Assembly: GCA_041484665.1 (NCBI GenBank)
Contig: JBGPIA010000001.1
Coordinates: forward strand, 288,001-352,000
DNA length: 64,000 nt
Source: Candidatus Krumholzibacteriia bacterium
GTDB taxonomy: Bacteria > Krumholzibacteriota > Krumholzibacteriia > JAJRXK01
Reading direction: 5' to 3'
The translations under genes were made by a program, and so were the position numbers. Every line of letters begins with the position of its first letter. Within the stretch, counting starts at the first letter, position 1. This document shows, in pieces, positions 1-8,507 of this stretch. The notes below the pieces were generated by a model, which searched no databases, was not told the origin of the DNA, and saw only the letters and a list, made by a program, of their open reading frames with translations.

Positions 1-365
1 AGGGTGACAAGGTGTCGGTCGGCCCCTATACGCTGCAGGTCGAAGAAATCTCGGAGTTCCAGACCGCCAACTACTTTGCCGGCAAGGTCACCCTGGATGT
101 CTTCGAGAACGGCCGCAAGATCCGCACTCTGAATCCCGAGAAGCGCTTCTACTTCGCCAGCGAGCAACCCTCCACCGAGGTCGCCATCCGCAAGGGGCTG
201 CGCGACGACCTCTACGTCGTCTACCAGGGGATGAACGAGGACCAGACCAAGGCCATCGTGCAGGTCTACCTCAACCCCCTGGTCGCCTGGATCTGGATCG
301 GCGGATTGACCATCTTCCTGGGGACCTTCCTGTGCATGGTCCCGCCGCTGAAGCAGGCTTCCTGA
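1..365 (+). CDS. ccmF: Cytochrome c heme lyase CcmF, C-terminal part (5' truncated by window edge)
   Basis: CcmF_C-like motifs PEKRFY..SEQPSTEVAI, DLYVV and NPLVAWIWIGG; lies upstream of ccmABCD. Confidence 0.9.
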   Translation, partial: GDKVSVGPYTLQVEEISEFQTANYFAGKVTLDVFENGRKIRTLNPEKRFYFASEQPSTEVAIRKGLRDDLYVVYQGMNEDQTKAIVQVYLNPLVAWIWIGGLTIFLGTFLCMVPPLKQAS

Positions 366-859
366 TGCTCGAGCTGGTGCTGCTCGCCGTCATCGCCGTG
401 GCCATCGGCGGGTACACGCTGTGGCCGGTGCTCGCCGGCCACCGCATGCGCCCGCCCACCAGCCGCACGGACACGCCGCTGGGGCGCCAGGAGCTGCGCA
501 AGGACCTGATCCTCGGCAACATCGCCGACCTCGATTTCGAGTACGCCATGGGCAAGCTCTCCGACCCTGACTACCGGGAGCTGCGCGACGCGCTCAAGGC
601 GCAGGCGGCGGCGGTGATGGAGCAGATCGGCGTGCTGGAGGCCGATTCGGATCTGGGCGGCTCTGCTGCTCGGTCGGCAGCGGCGGGTGCCAGCGCCGCC
701 CTCGGCGCGACCGCCGTGGCGGGCGAGGTGGCGCGCCCGGGCGGCAACGGCCACGAGCCCCGGCGCGCGACCGCGCGGCGCTTCTGCATCGCCTGCGGCG
801 GCGGCCTGCCCCCCAGCGCGCGCTTCTGCCCTTCGTGCGGTGCGCAGGTGCAGGCATGA
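365..859 (+). CDS. Membrane-anchored zinc-ribbon protein, ccm-associated (CcmI-like N-terminus)
   Basis: ATG at 365 overlaps the ccmF TGA (TGATG). N-terminal TM helix, DLDFEYAMGKLSDPDY motif, C-terminal CIAC..CPSCG ribbon. Confidence 0.75.
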   Translation: MLELVLLAVIAVAIGGYTLWPVLAGHRMRPPTSRTDTPLGRQELRKDLILGNIADLDFEYAMGKLSDPDYRELRDALKAQAAAVMEQIGVLEADSDLGGSAARSAAAGASAALGATAVAGEVARPGGNGHEPRRATARRFCIACGGGLPPSARFCPSCGAQVQA

Positions 860-2082
860 TCCTCCGCGGGCGCCTCCTCGTTGCGCCGGCCGCGACGCTG
901 GCGGCGGCGGCTCTGTGGGCCGCGGGGGCCCAGGCGGCCAGCATCCGGGGGACCCTCACCAACAAGACGACCGGACGCCCGGGGGAAGCGACCCTCGTGC
1001 GCCTGCTGGACGTGGCCAAGGGGATGGACCAGATCGCCACGCTCACGAACGTGCACGGTGAGTTCGTCTTCCAGAACGTTCCGGCGGTGGCCATGCCACC
1101 GTACCTGATCCAGGTGCAGGCCGCGGGCGTGATCTACAGCGAGCGCGTGCCGGTCCCGGCCGACCAGGAGGTCCAGGTCGCCGTCGACGTGTACGACGCG
1201 ACCGACTCGATGCGCGACGTCAGCGTCGACATCTTCCACGTAGTGTTCCAGCGCTCCGGGGACCACGTCGAGGTCGCCGAGCTGATCGAGCTGCAGAACA
1301 ACAGCACTCCGCCCAAGGCGGTCTGGCGCGACCCCGGTCCGGTGCGGCTGACGGTGCCCGCCGACGTCCATGGCGAGCCCGAGGTCACCGCGGGCTCGGG
1401 CCCCATGCCGCTCAAGCTCGAGCTGGTGGAGACCGACAGCGCCGGCGTCTTCGCCATACCCTACGCAATCAAGCCGGGCCAGACCCGGCTGTTCGTGCGC
1501 TACCTCATGGGCTACAACGACGAGCGGCTCACGTGGTCCTCGTCGCTCGATCTTCCGGCGGCGGACGTCAACGTGATGGTCTCCCCGGCCGACATCGCCG
1601 TGACCGGGGCGGGCCTGGCGCCGGCGCAAGGCGCCGCTCCAATGCAGGGCTTCGCCATCTACAAGGGATCGGCGCTGGCGGCGGGCCAAGTCTTCGCGGT
1701 GAGCCTGGCGGGAGGCATGGCGGTCGCCGCGAGCGAGCAGTCTGGCAGCGCGGGTAGCATCCAGGTCCGACCCAACCGATTCAGCCAGGGCGCTGTGCCG
1801 GTCATGATCCTCGCCGGGCTGGCGGCGCTGATGCTGGTGGGGTTGGCCTACGGCCTGTCCCGCACCCCGGCCGTGGCCGCCGTCGACGGCGTGAGCTCCC
1901 GTGCCGCCGCCCTGGAGGCACTGGGCCGCCTGGAGGATCGCTACGTCAGCGGTGAGATCGACCGCTCCACCTTCGAGCACCAGCGCGAGCAGCTTCACGA
2001 GCGCCTCCTGCACCCCCACGCGGAGCCCGGCTCCCACGGGCGTCCCGCCCACGGCCGCTCCAAGGCAGCGCGCAAGGGTTGA
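856..2082 (+). CDS. Exported Ig/carboxypeptidase-regulatory-like domain protein with C-terminal TM and SHOCT-like helix, ccm-associated
   Basis: ATGA overlap at 856-859. Signal peptide ending AQA, beta-rich body, TM helix, then LEDRYVSGEIDRSTF. Confidence 0.7.
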   Translation: MILRGRLLVAPAATLAAAALWAAGAQAASIRGTLTNKTTGRPGEATLVRLLDVAKGMDQIATLTNVHGEFVFQNVPAVAMPPYLIQVQAAGVIYSERVPVPADQEVQVAVDVYDATDSMRDVSVDIFHVVFQRSGDHVEVAELIELQNNSTPPKAVWRDPGPVRLTVPADVHGEPEVTAGSGPMPLKLELVETDSAGVFAIPYAIKPGQTRLFVRYLMGYNDERLTWSSSLDLPAADVNVMVSPADIAVTGAGLAPAQGAAPMQGFAIYKGSALAAGQVFAVSLAGGMAVAASEQSGSAGSIQVRPNRFSQGAVPVMILAGLAALMLVGLAYGLSRTPAVAAVDGVSSRAAALEALGRLEDRYVSGEIDRSTFEHQREQLHERLLHPHAEPGSHGRPAHGRSKAARKG

Positions 2083-2083
2083 C

Positions 2084-2797
2084 GTGACCGCCGTCGTGGT
2101 CGCGCGCGCGCTGTCCCGCCGCTTCGGGCGCAGCTGGGCGCTCACCGATGTCGATCTGGAGGTCGCGGAGGGTGAGGCCGTGGCGCTGGTGGGCGCCAAC
2201 GGCGCGGGCAAGTCCACTCTGCTCTCGCTCTTGGCCACGATCCGGCGCCCGAGCCGAGGCGAGCTGAGGCTGTTCGAGCAGCCCGCACACAAGGCGCAGG
2301 AGAAGATCCGCGCGCGGCTGGGGTTCGTCGGCCATGCGACGTTTCTGGACGACGCCCTGACCGCCCGCGAGAACCTGCGCTTCCATGCGGCGCTGTTCTG
2401 TGTCGCCGACAGCGCGCGCAAGGTCGACGCGGCGCTCGCCGCGGCGGGCCTGGGCGGGCGGGCCCACGACCGGGTGGAGGGGTACTCCCGTGGGATGCGC
2501 CAACGCCTGAGCCTCGCCCGCGCGCTGCTGCACGACCCGCAGCTGTTGCTGCTGGATGAGCCCTTCAGCGGTCTGGATCCGCGCGCTTGCGTCTGGCTGG
2601 CGGAGCGGCTACGCGCGGAGAAGGCCAAGGGCCGCTCGCTGGTGGTGGCCACCCACCAGTTCGAGCACGTGTTGCCGTGGTGCGACCGGGTGGTCGTTCT
2701 CCACATGGGCGCAGTGGTGGAAGTGGCCGCTGCGCGCAGCCGCGACGCGGGCGGCTGGGCGTTGCGGTTGGCGGCGGTCGCGGAGGGACGGGCGTGA
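2084..2797 (+). CDS. ccmA: Heme export ABC ATPase CcmA
   Basis: Walker A GANGAGKST, signature YSRGMRQR, Walker B LLLLDEP. GTG start 1 nt after the upstream stop. Confidence 0.9.
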   Translation: MTAVVVARALSRRFGRSWALTDVDLEVAEGEAVALVGANGAGKSTLLSLLATIRRPSRGELRLFEQPAHKAQEKIRARLGFVGHATFLDDALTARENLRFHAALFCVADSARKVDAALAAAGLGGRAHDRVEGYSRGMRQRLSLARALLHDPQLLLLDEPFSGLDPRACVWLAERLRAEKAKGRSLVVATHQFEHVLPWCDRVVVLHMGAVVEVAAARSRDAGGWALRLAAVAEGRA

Positions 2798-3471
2798 GCT
2801 TCTGGCGCGTCGCGCACGCGGTGCTGCGCAAGGACCTCAGCGCTGAGTGGCGGCGCAAGGAGGTCCTCACCTCCATCGTGATGTTCGGCCTGCTGACGGT
2901 CGTGACGTTCGTCTTCGCGTTCGACCCGTCGCGCCACGCCCGGGAGGACGTGGTGCCTGGATGCCTGTGGACCGCATACCTGTTCGCGGGGATGCTCGGG
3001 CTGTCGCGGTCGGCGGCCAAGGACAGCCAGGACGGCGGTATGCAGGCCCTGTTGGTCAGCCCGGCTGACCGCGGGGCCATCTATCTGGGCAAGCTGCTCA
3101 GTCACGCGATCTTCATGGTCGTGGGCGAGGTGATCGTCCTGCTGTTCGCCGTCCTCTGGTTCGACCTGGGCAGCCGCCAGCTCACCCCGGCGTTCTTCGC
3201 CTTCATCGTGCTGGGCACGCTGGGGTTCGTGGCGGTGGGCACCGTGTTCGCGGCGGTGAGCCAGAAGACGCGCCTCAAGGAGGTCATGCTGCCGCTGCTG
3301 TTACTGCCGGTGCTGAGCCCAATCGTCATGGCGGCGGTGGAGGGGACGGCGCTGGTCATGTCACCCGAGGGGCCGCGCGGCATGAAGTCCTGGCTGCAGA
3401 TCCTGGTCGCCTTCGACATCGTCTTTACCACGCTGGGCTTCCTCGTCTACGGTTACGTCCTCGAGGAATGA
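2794..3471 (+). CDS. ccmB: Heme exporter membrane protein CcmB
   Basis: GTGA overlap with ccmA. KDLSAEWRRKE, IYLGK and LLLLPVLSP motifs; about six TM helices. Confidence 0.9.
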   Translation: MSFWRVAHAVLRKDLSAEWRRKEVLTSIVMFGLLTVVTFVFAFDPSRHAREDVVPGCLWTAYLFAGMLGLSRSAAKDSQDGGMQALLVSPADRGAIYLGKLLSHAIFMVVGEVIVLLFAVLWFDLGSRQLTPAFFAFIVLGTLGFVAVGTVFAAVSQKTRLKEVMLPLLLLPVLSPIVMAAVEGTALVMSPEGPRGMKSWLQILVAFDIVFTTLGFLVYGYVLEE

Positions 3472-3484
3472 CAGGAGGAGTGCA

Positions 3485-4180
3485 ATGACCAGCGTCGATC
3501 GCTTCCTGCTGGCGCTGAGCGCCGCCGGCATGGTTGCGCTGCTCTACCTCATCTTCATGGTGGTCCCCAACGAGAAGACGATGGGGTTCGTGCAGCGGAT
3601 CTTCTACTTCCACGTCCCGCTGGCTTGGGTGAGCTTCCTGGCGTTCGCGATCACGTGCTGGGAGGGGATCCGCTACCTGGCCACGCGCGATCATGACCAC
3701 GACCGCGTCGCCGCCGCCAGCGCCGAGGTGGGCCTGTTGTGCGTGAGCCTGGTGCTCATCACCGGCCCGATCTGGGCGCGGCCGGTGTGGGGCATCTGGT
3801 GGACGTGGGATCTGCGCCTGACCACGACGCTGGTGCTGTGGCTGATCTTCCTGGGCTACGCCATCCTGCGGCGCAGCATCCCGGAGGCGGACCGGCGCGC
3901 CGTCCTCTCCTCGGTGGTGGGGATCTGCGGCTTCGCGGCGGTCCCGCTCGTCTACCTGGCGAATCGGGTGAAGGCCACGCAGCATCCGGCGCCCGTCGTG
4001 GGCGGCGGGCAGGGGAGCGGCCTGGCCGGCATCATGCTCTTCACGCTGATGTTCGGGTTCGCAGTGTTCACGCTGCTGTTCGTCATGCTGCTGCGCGCTC
4101 GTACCGCCGTGGCGCGCCTGGAGGACGCGGTGGAGGAGATCACGATGCAGCCTTCGGGTCCGGAGGTCGGCCATGCCTAG
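3485..4180 (+). CDS. ccmC: Heme exporter CcmC
   Basis: RIFYFHVP and WWD motif WARPVWGIWWTWDLRLTT; AGGAGG SD upstream. Confidence 0.93.
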   Translation: MTSVDRFLLALSAAGMVALLYLIFMVVPNEKTMGFVQRIFYFHVPLAWVSFLAFAITCWEGIRYLATRDHDHDRVAAASAEVGLLCVSLVLITGPIWARPVWGIWWTWDLRLTTTLVLWLIFLGYAILRRSIPEADRRAVLSSVVGICGFAAVPLVYLANRVKATQHPAPVVGGGQGSGLAGIMLFTLMFGFAVFTLLFVMLLRARTAVARLEDAVEEITMQPSGPEVGHA

Positions 4181-4316
4181 CAAGTTCTGGTGGGTCTTCG
4201 CCGCCTACGTCATCGTCTGGCTGGGGATCTTCGGGTACCTGGGCAGCCTATTGGGCCGCGCGCGCACCCTCGAGCGCGAGGTCCAGCGTCTCAAGGACGA
4301 GACCGCCCGCCGCTAG
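4173..4316 (+). CDS. ccmD: CcmD family small membrane protein (47 aa), absent from the ORF track
   Basis: MPSKFWWVFAAYVIVWLGIFGYLGSLLGRARTLEREVQRLKDETARR: hydrophobic N-half with AY..VW...GY, basic tail. GGAGG SD; overlaps the ccmC stop. Confidence 0.85.
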   Translation: MPSKFWWVFAAYVIVWLGIFGYLGSLLGRARTLEREVQRLKDETARR

Positions 4317-4396
4317 ACCGGCCAAGGCGGTGCGGATCGCCACGCTGGCGCGCCGGCGCGGGGACGGCCGTGCGGGTGCGCCTGCGGCGGTGCGCT

Positions 4397-4684
4397 CTAC
4401 GGCTCCCAGCGGACGGCGAGGTTCTCGGCGCGCAGGATGATCTGGCATCCCAGTCGGGCGCAGGGGTCGGTCGCGCCGATCAGCCCGAGGGTGTCCTGCT
4501 CCACGAACCCCAGTGCGTCGAGGGACTCGTAGCCCTCCTCCACCGCCAGCACGCAGGTTCCGCACGTACCCGCACGGCAGCCAAAGGGCAGGCTGGCCTC
4601 CGCGGCGGTCGCGGCGCGCGACAGCGTCGTCCCGCACGGAGCGACGATGCTGGTTCCGTCATTGAGGAACGTGATGCGGGGCAT
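4397..4684 (-). CDS. 2Fe-2S ferredoxin
   Basis: GCRAGTCGTC and RLGCQ cluster motifs; GGAGG SD before ATG 4684. Confidence 0.88.
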   Translation of the reverse strand: MPRITFLNDGTSIVAPCGTTLSRAATAAEASLPFGCRAGTCGTCVLAVEEGYESLDALGFVEQDTLGLIGATDPCARLGCQIILRAENLAVRWEP

Positions 4685-4936
4685 GTTGCCTCCGGGCCGC
4701 CCGACCGCGCTGCTGACCGGTGCCGGCCCCGGCCCGCGACCGGCTGCCACGACCGGCCATCGCCGGGCGCGGCCAGCCGCAATCCGTCACCTTCGGCCAC
4801 CGCCGGCCACCTTTGGTCGTCGGGGAGAATCGCAAGATTTGCGCCGCGGGGCCAGGGCACACCTGCGAGCGCGCCTGCGCGTGGCGGCAGCCGGGTCCCT
4901 TGCCGCCGCGCGCGGCCGTCTGCTAGGGTGGCCACC

Positions 4937-5776
4937 ATGCGCAAACATCTGCTGCTGGGGCACAGCCCCGATCCCGACGACGCGTTCATGTTCTGGGCCC
5001 TGGCGACCGGCCGGGTCGGCAGCGGAGCCTACGAGTTCGAGCACGTCCTCCAGGACATCCAGACGCTGAACGAGCGAGCGACCCGTGGCGAGCTCCACAT
5101 CACTGCCGTGTCGATCCACGCCTACGCCCACGTCCTGGACCGCTACGCGCTCCTCTCGACGGGCAGCAGCATGGGCGACGGCTACGGACCGATGGTCGTG
5201 GCGCGCCACGGCAGCGGCCTGCGCACGGGCGACCTGCGCGGTGTGCGCATCGCCGTGCCGGGCACGATGACCACTGCGTTTCTGGCGCTGCGCCTGCTCC
5301 TGGGCGAGTTCGATCACGGCACCGAGCCCTTCGACACCATCGAGGCCCAGGTAGCCTGCGGGAACTACGACGCCGGGCTGCTCATCCACGAAGGGCAGCT
5401 CACCTACCACAACAAGGGGCTGGAGTTGATCGTCGATCTGGGCCAATGGTGGAAGGAGCTGACGGGATTGCCGCTGCCGTTGGGCGGAAACGTCATCCGC
5501 CGCGACATCGCCCGCGACGAGATGGAGCGCATCAACGTTATCCTGCGCCAGAGCATCGCCTACGGGCTGGCCCACCGCGCGGAGGCGGTCCGCCACGCGC
5601 TGCGCTGGGCGCGTGACATGCACGAGGACGAGGCCGATCGCTTCGTCGGCATGTACGTCAATCACTTCACGCTGGATTACGGCGAGGTGGGACGCCGGGC
5701 GGTGGCGGAGCTGCTGCGGCGCGGCAGCCAGGCGGGCTTGCTCCCGCCCGTGCGCGCCCTGGAATTCGTGGCCTGA
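4937..5776 (+). CDS. mqnD: 1,4-dihydroxy-6-naphthoate synthase (futalosine menaquinone pathway)
   Basis: GHSPDPDDAFMF, DIQTLN, LLIHEGQLTY, LPLPLGGN and MYVN motifs. Confidence 0.88.
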   Translation: MRKHLLLGHSPDPDDAFMFWALATGRVGSGAYEFEHVLQDIQTLNERATRGELHITAVSIHAYAHVLDRYALLSTGSSMGDGYGPMVVARHGSGLRTGDLRGVRIAVPGTMTTAFLALRLLLGEFDHGTEPFDTIEAQVACGNYDAGLLIHEGQLTYHNKGLELIVDLGQWWKELTGLPLPLGGNVIRRDIARDEMERINVILRQSIAYGLAHRAEAVRHALRWARDMHEDEADRFVGMYVNHFTLDYGEVGRRAVAELLRRGSQAGLLPPVRALEFVA

Positions 5777-5847
5777 TCGCAGCGCCACGCGCACGCGGGC
5801 GACCCCCTCGGAAAGACTGGCTCGTTCACTCGGGAAGACCAGCTCGT

Positions 5848-6435
5848 TCAGAAGTAATAGAACGCGGCGATCTGCGGTAGCGGGTAGATGTCGCCGGTGT
5901 CGCCCTTACGCGTGAAGCCCACGTCCGCCTTGAGCGCCATCCGCCGCGCGATCAGGTGCTCGAAGCCGACGCCCGCCGAGACATTCCAATTGCTCCCGCC
6001 GCCGTTGCCGTCGTGGTAGACGGCTAGCGCCGGGCCCACGAACAGACGCGTCCGCACGGCCTGGCGCAATACGAGATGCAGCTCTAGCCCGAGGTTCCAG
6101 TCCGATTTGCCGTTCTGCCGCCAGATCCCTCCGGCGAGCGTGGCCATCGTCTGCGGCAGCGCCGGCCACCGCATCGCCAATCCGGTCCCGCTGGTGAGGC
6201 CGGCTGCCAGCCCGACCGCCGCCACGTACGGATCGTGGTCCTGGTTCCAGTTGGGGGAGCGCTGGGCCGACGCGGCGGCGGGCGCCAGCAGCAGCGCCAC
6301 CGTGGCCAAGACGGCCGAGACAGCGCGGACCGCCGCGGTCGCGGCTGCGATCGCACTGGTTGCGGTGGCGAGTATGGCCGCGGCGCGCTGCGCCTCTTCC
6401 GACAGGATCGCGCACCGATGCGCAGGCGAGACCAT
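5848..6435 (-). CDS. Putative small outer-membrane beta-barrel protein
   Basis: Signal-like Ala-rich N-terminus ending ASA, alternating beta strands, C-terminal aromatic YYF. Start uncertain. Confidence 0.55.
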   Translation of the reverse strand: MVSPAHRCAILSEEAQRAAAILATATSAIAAATAAVRAVSAVLATVALLLAPAAASAQRSPNWNQDHDPYVAAVGLAAGLTSGTGLAMRWPALPQTMATLAGGIWRQNGKSDWNLGLELHLVLRQAVRTRLFVGPALAVYHDGNGGGSNWNVSAGVGFEHLIARRMALKADVGFTRKGDTGDIYPLPQIAAFYYF

Positions 6436-6485
6436 GGAGCACACCTCCCCCCTGCCGCGCAGCCTAGCGACGGTCGCTCGAGCGA

Positions 6486-7427
6486 TCAACCAGGGGCCTG
6501 GGTGGCGGCACCGCCGCCAGCCTCCTCCTCGTCAAGCAGCGCCATGCCGCGCAGCCGCGGAAGGTCCACCAGCCACGGCGTACGAGGCCGCGGCCCCTGC
6601 AGGGGCAGCCGCCACAGCTCCCCCGCGTGGGTGGCCAGTAGGAGATGGGTGCCGTCGAACTCCACACCGGCTGCCTCCTGCCACAGCGGTCCTGCAACGG
6701 CGCTCCCGGCGGCCGCCAGGGCCGCCGCGGGCAAGCCGCGCTGTCCGGTCCGCAGGGAGAGGACCGCCGCTGCAGCGGGCACCTGACGGCGCGCTGCCGG
6801 CCCGTCCGGGCTGGCAAGGTGGAAGGGACCCTCCCCGGTGGCGACCCAGAATCCGCCCTCCAGACCCGGATCCCGACCGACGGCCTGGACGTCCCGGGGC
6901 AGCCCTCCGGGCTCGCCGGCCGGTGCCACGCCTCGCCACTCATGGCCGTCCCATCGCCACAGCCCGCCTGGCGTCACAGCCGCCAGCAGGCCACCCTCCC
7001 CATCCTCGCAGAGAGAGCTCACGCGGCTCGCGCTCTCGCCGTCGAGTGCCGGCCCCGCGGCAGCCGCGGGCCCGGGGCCGAGCCGGCCGAGTTCGCCCCA
7101 CGCCTCGCCGGCGGCCAGCATCCACACCGCCGCTGGCCGTGTCCCCACCAAGACGCGGCCATCGGCCAGCGGCAGGACCGTGACCGGCTCTCGATCGGGC
7201 ACGGGCCAGCGTGCCGTCTCGCGCCACATCATGGCGCCGCCGTCCCAGATGAAAACTCGTCCAGCCTCGGCCAGCGCGCAGGCGAAGTTGCCCGCGGCGC
7301 CCAGCGCCGCGATGGACTCGCGGGGTGCGTCCACGGTCAGCGCGCTCATCGCGGCCTCGCCGGCCGGCGGCGGCCACGCGGTGCGCCAGATGCCCCGCGC
7401 GGTGGCCAGCACCAGATTCCCGTTCAT
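6486..7427 (-). CDS. Beta-propeller (WD40/BNR-like) hypothetical protein
   Basis: Repeated strand units VLVGTRPAAVW, GGLWRWDG, FWVATGEG, LLLATHAGELW. Confidence 0.6.
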   Translation of the reverse strand: MNGNLVLATARGIWRTAWPPPAGEAAMSALTVDAPRESIAALGAAGNFACALAEAGRVFIWDGGAMMWRETARWPVPDREPVTVLPLADGRVLVGTRPAAVWMLAAGEAWGELGRLGPGPAAAAGPALDGESASRVSSLCEDGEGGLLAAVTPGGLWRWDGHEWRGVAPAGEPGGLPRDVQAVGRDPGLEGGFWVATGEGPFHLASPDGPAARRQVPAAAAVLSLRTGQRGLPAAALAAAGSAVAGPLWQEAAGVEFDGTHLLLATHAGELWRLPLQGPRPRTPWLVDLPRLRGMALLDEEEAGGGAATQAPG

Positions 7428-7501
7428 CGAGCCCCTCCCCTGCCTCGCGGCCGCCGCACCCACGCACCTCGCCGGCCCCGCAGCGTATGCCCTGCCTCGC
7501 C

Positions 7502-8032
7502 CTAGGTGGACCGCTCCCCCTGCGGCGCGCCGCCCGCCTGCCGCGCCTGGACCACCAGATCGTCGAGATGGTCGAAGAGGCGCACATTGGCGTGGATGGC
7601 GAGGACGGCCCTGAGCGCGGTCACGTAATTGAGCACGCACGCGCCCAGGGCCAGGATCAGATGGATCCAGCCGGGGAGCTTCCCGGTGTCGACGCCTCCG
7701 CCGACGATGAACGTCACCATGGTCACGAGCAGCGCCATGGTGGCCCACGGGAAGACCCTGGCCTTGAAACGGCGCGTGGGCGTGATCAGGTCCTCCCGCA
7801 CCCGGTGCTCGGCCACCAGCTCTTTCATCCGGACACCGGTCCCGATGAAGTAGAACATGGTCATCGAATGGGCGAACAGGATCACGATCGCGCCCGACAG
7901 CGCCAGCACGACGTGGGTCCGCGGCGAGACGGCGACGGGGAGCAGAGCATGGGCTGCAACGAGCCCTGCGACGGACGCCACGACGATGGCCACCACCGAC
8001 AATCCCTCGAGGACGATCAGGGCCAGGGCCAT
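7502..8032 (-). CDS. Four-TM membrane protein with His residues in helices
   Basis: Four hydrophobic segments; THVVLA, AHSMTMFYFIGTG and WIHLILA. Confidence 0.7.
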   Translation of the reverse strand: MALALIVLEGLSVVAIVVASVAGLVAAHALLPVAVSPRTHVVLALSGAIVILFAHSMTMFYFIGTGVRMKELVAEHRVREDLITPTRRFKARVFPWATMALLVTMVTFIVGGGVDTGKLPGWIHLILALGACVLNYVTALRAVLAIHANVRLFDHLDDLVVQARQAGGAPQGERST

Positions 8033-8080
8033 GGCCGGACACTACGGCTGCGCGACCGGGTTGTCGAGCGGTCTGATGCG

Positions 8081-8485
8081 CTACTGCGAGCTCCCCGGCG
8101 CCGGTCCCGCCACCCCCAGCATGCCCAGCCCGAGCCGCCGGACATAGGTCAAGATCGAGTCGAGCTCGGCATCCGAGAGCCCAGGCACTCCCATCATCTT
8201 GCCCTTGCCGTGCACGACCACCTCGCGCAGCTGCGCATCACGGTTGAGCTGCTGGAAGATCGGATCGCGGAAGTCGATGCGCCGCTGCGCCTTCTCGCTG
8301 GCCGTACGGGAGCCGCCGTCGGCGTCGTGGCAGCGAGCGCACCGTACGAGGTAGATCCGTTCCGCGCTGGCCTTCGACAGATCCTCCCCATGACAGCCGT
8401 TGGTCAGAATACATCCACCGGCCAGGAGCGCGGCGAGGGCTCGCAGCGAAGCGAATGGGCGGCCGTTGCGTCGTCCCCCACTCAC
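8081..8485 (-). CDS. Monoheme c-type cytochrome, probably lipoprotein
   Basis: CARCH heme motif, distal Met in GKGKMM, LSDAELDSILTYVRRL terminal helix. Start (GTG 8485) uncertain. Confidence 0.8.
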   Translation of the reverse strand: MSGGRRNGRPFASLRALAALLAGGCILTNGCHGEDLSKASAERIYLVRCARCHDADGGSRTASEKAQRRIDFRDPIFQQLNRDAQLREVVVHGKGKMMGVPGLSDAELDSILTYVRRLGLGMLGVAGPAPGSSQ

Positions 8486-8507
8486 GAGCGCGCCCTCCGC
8501 GGGGCAC

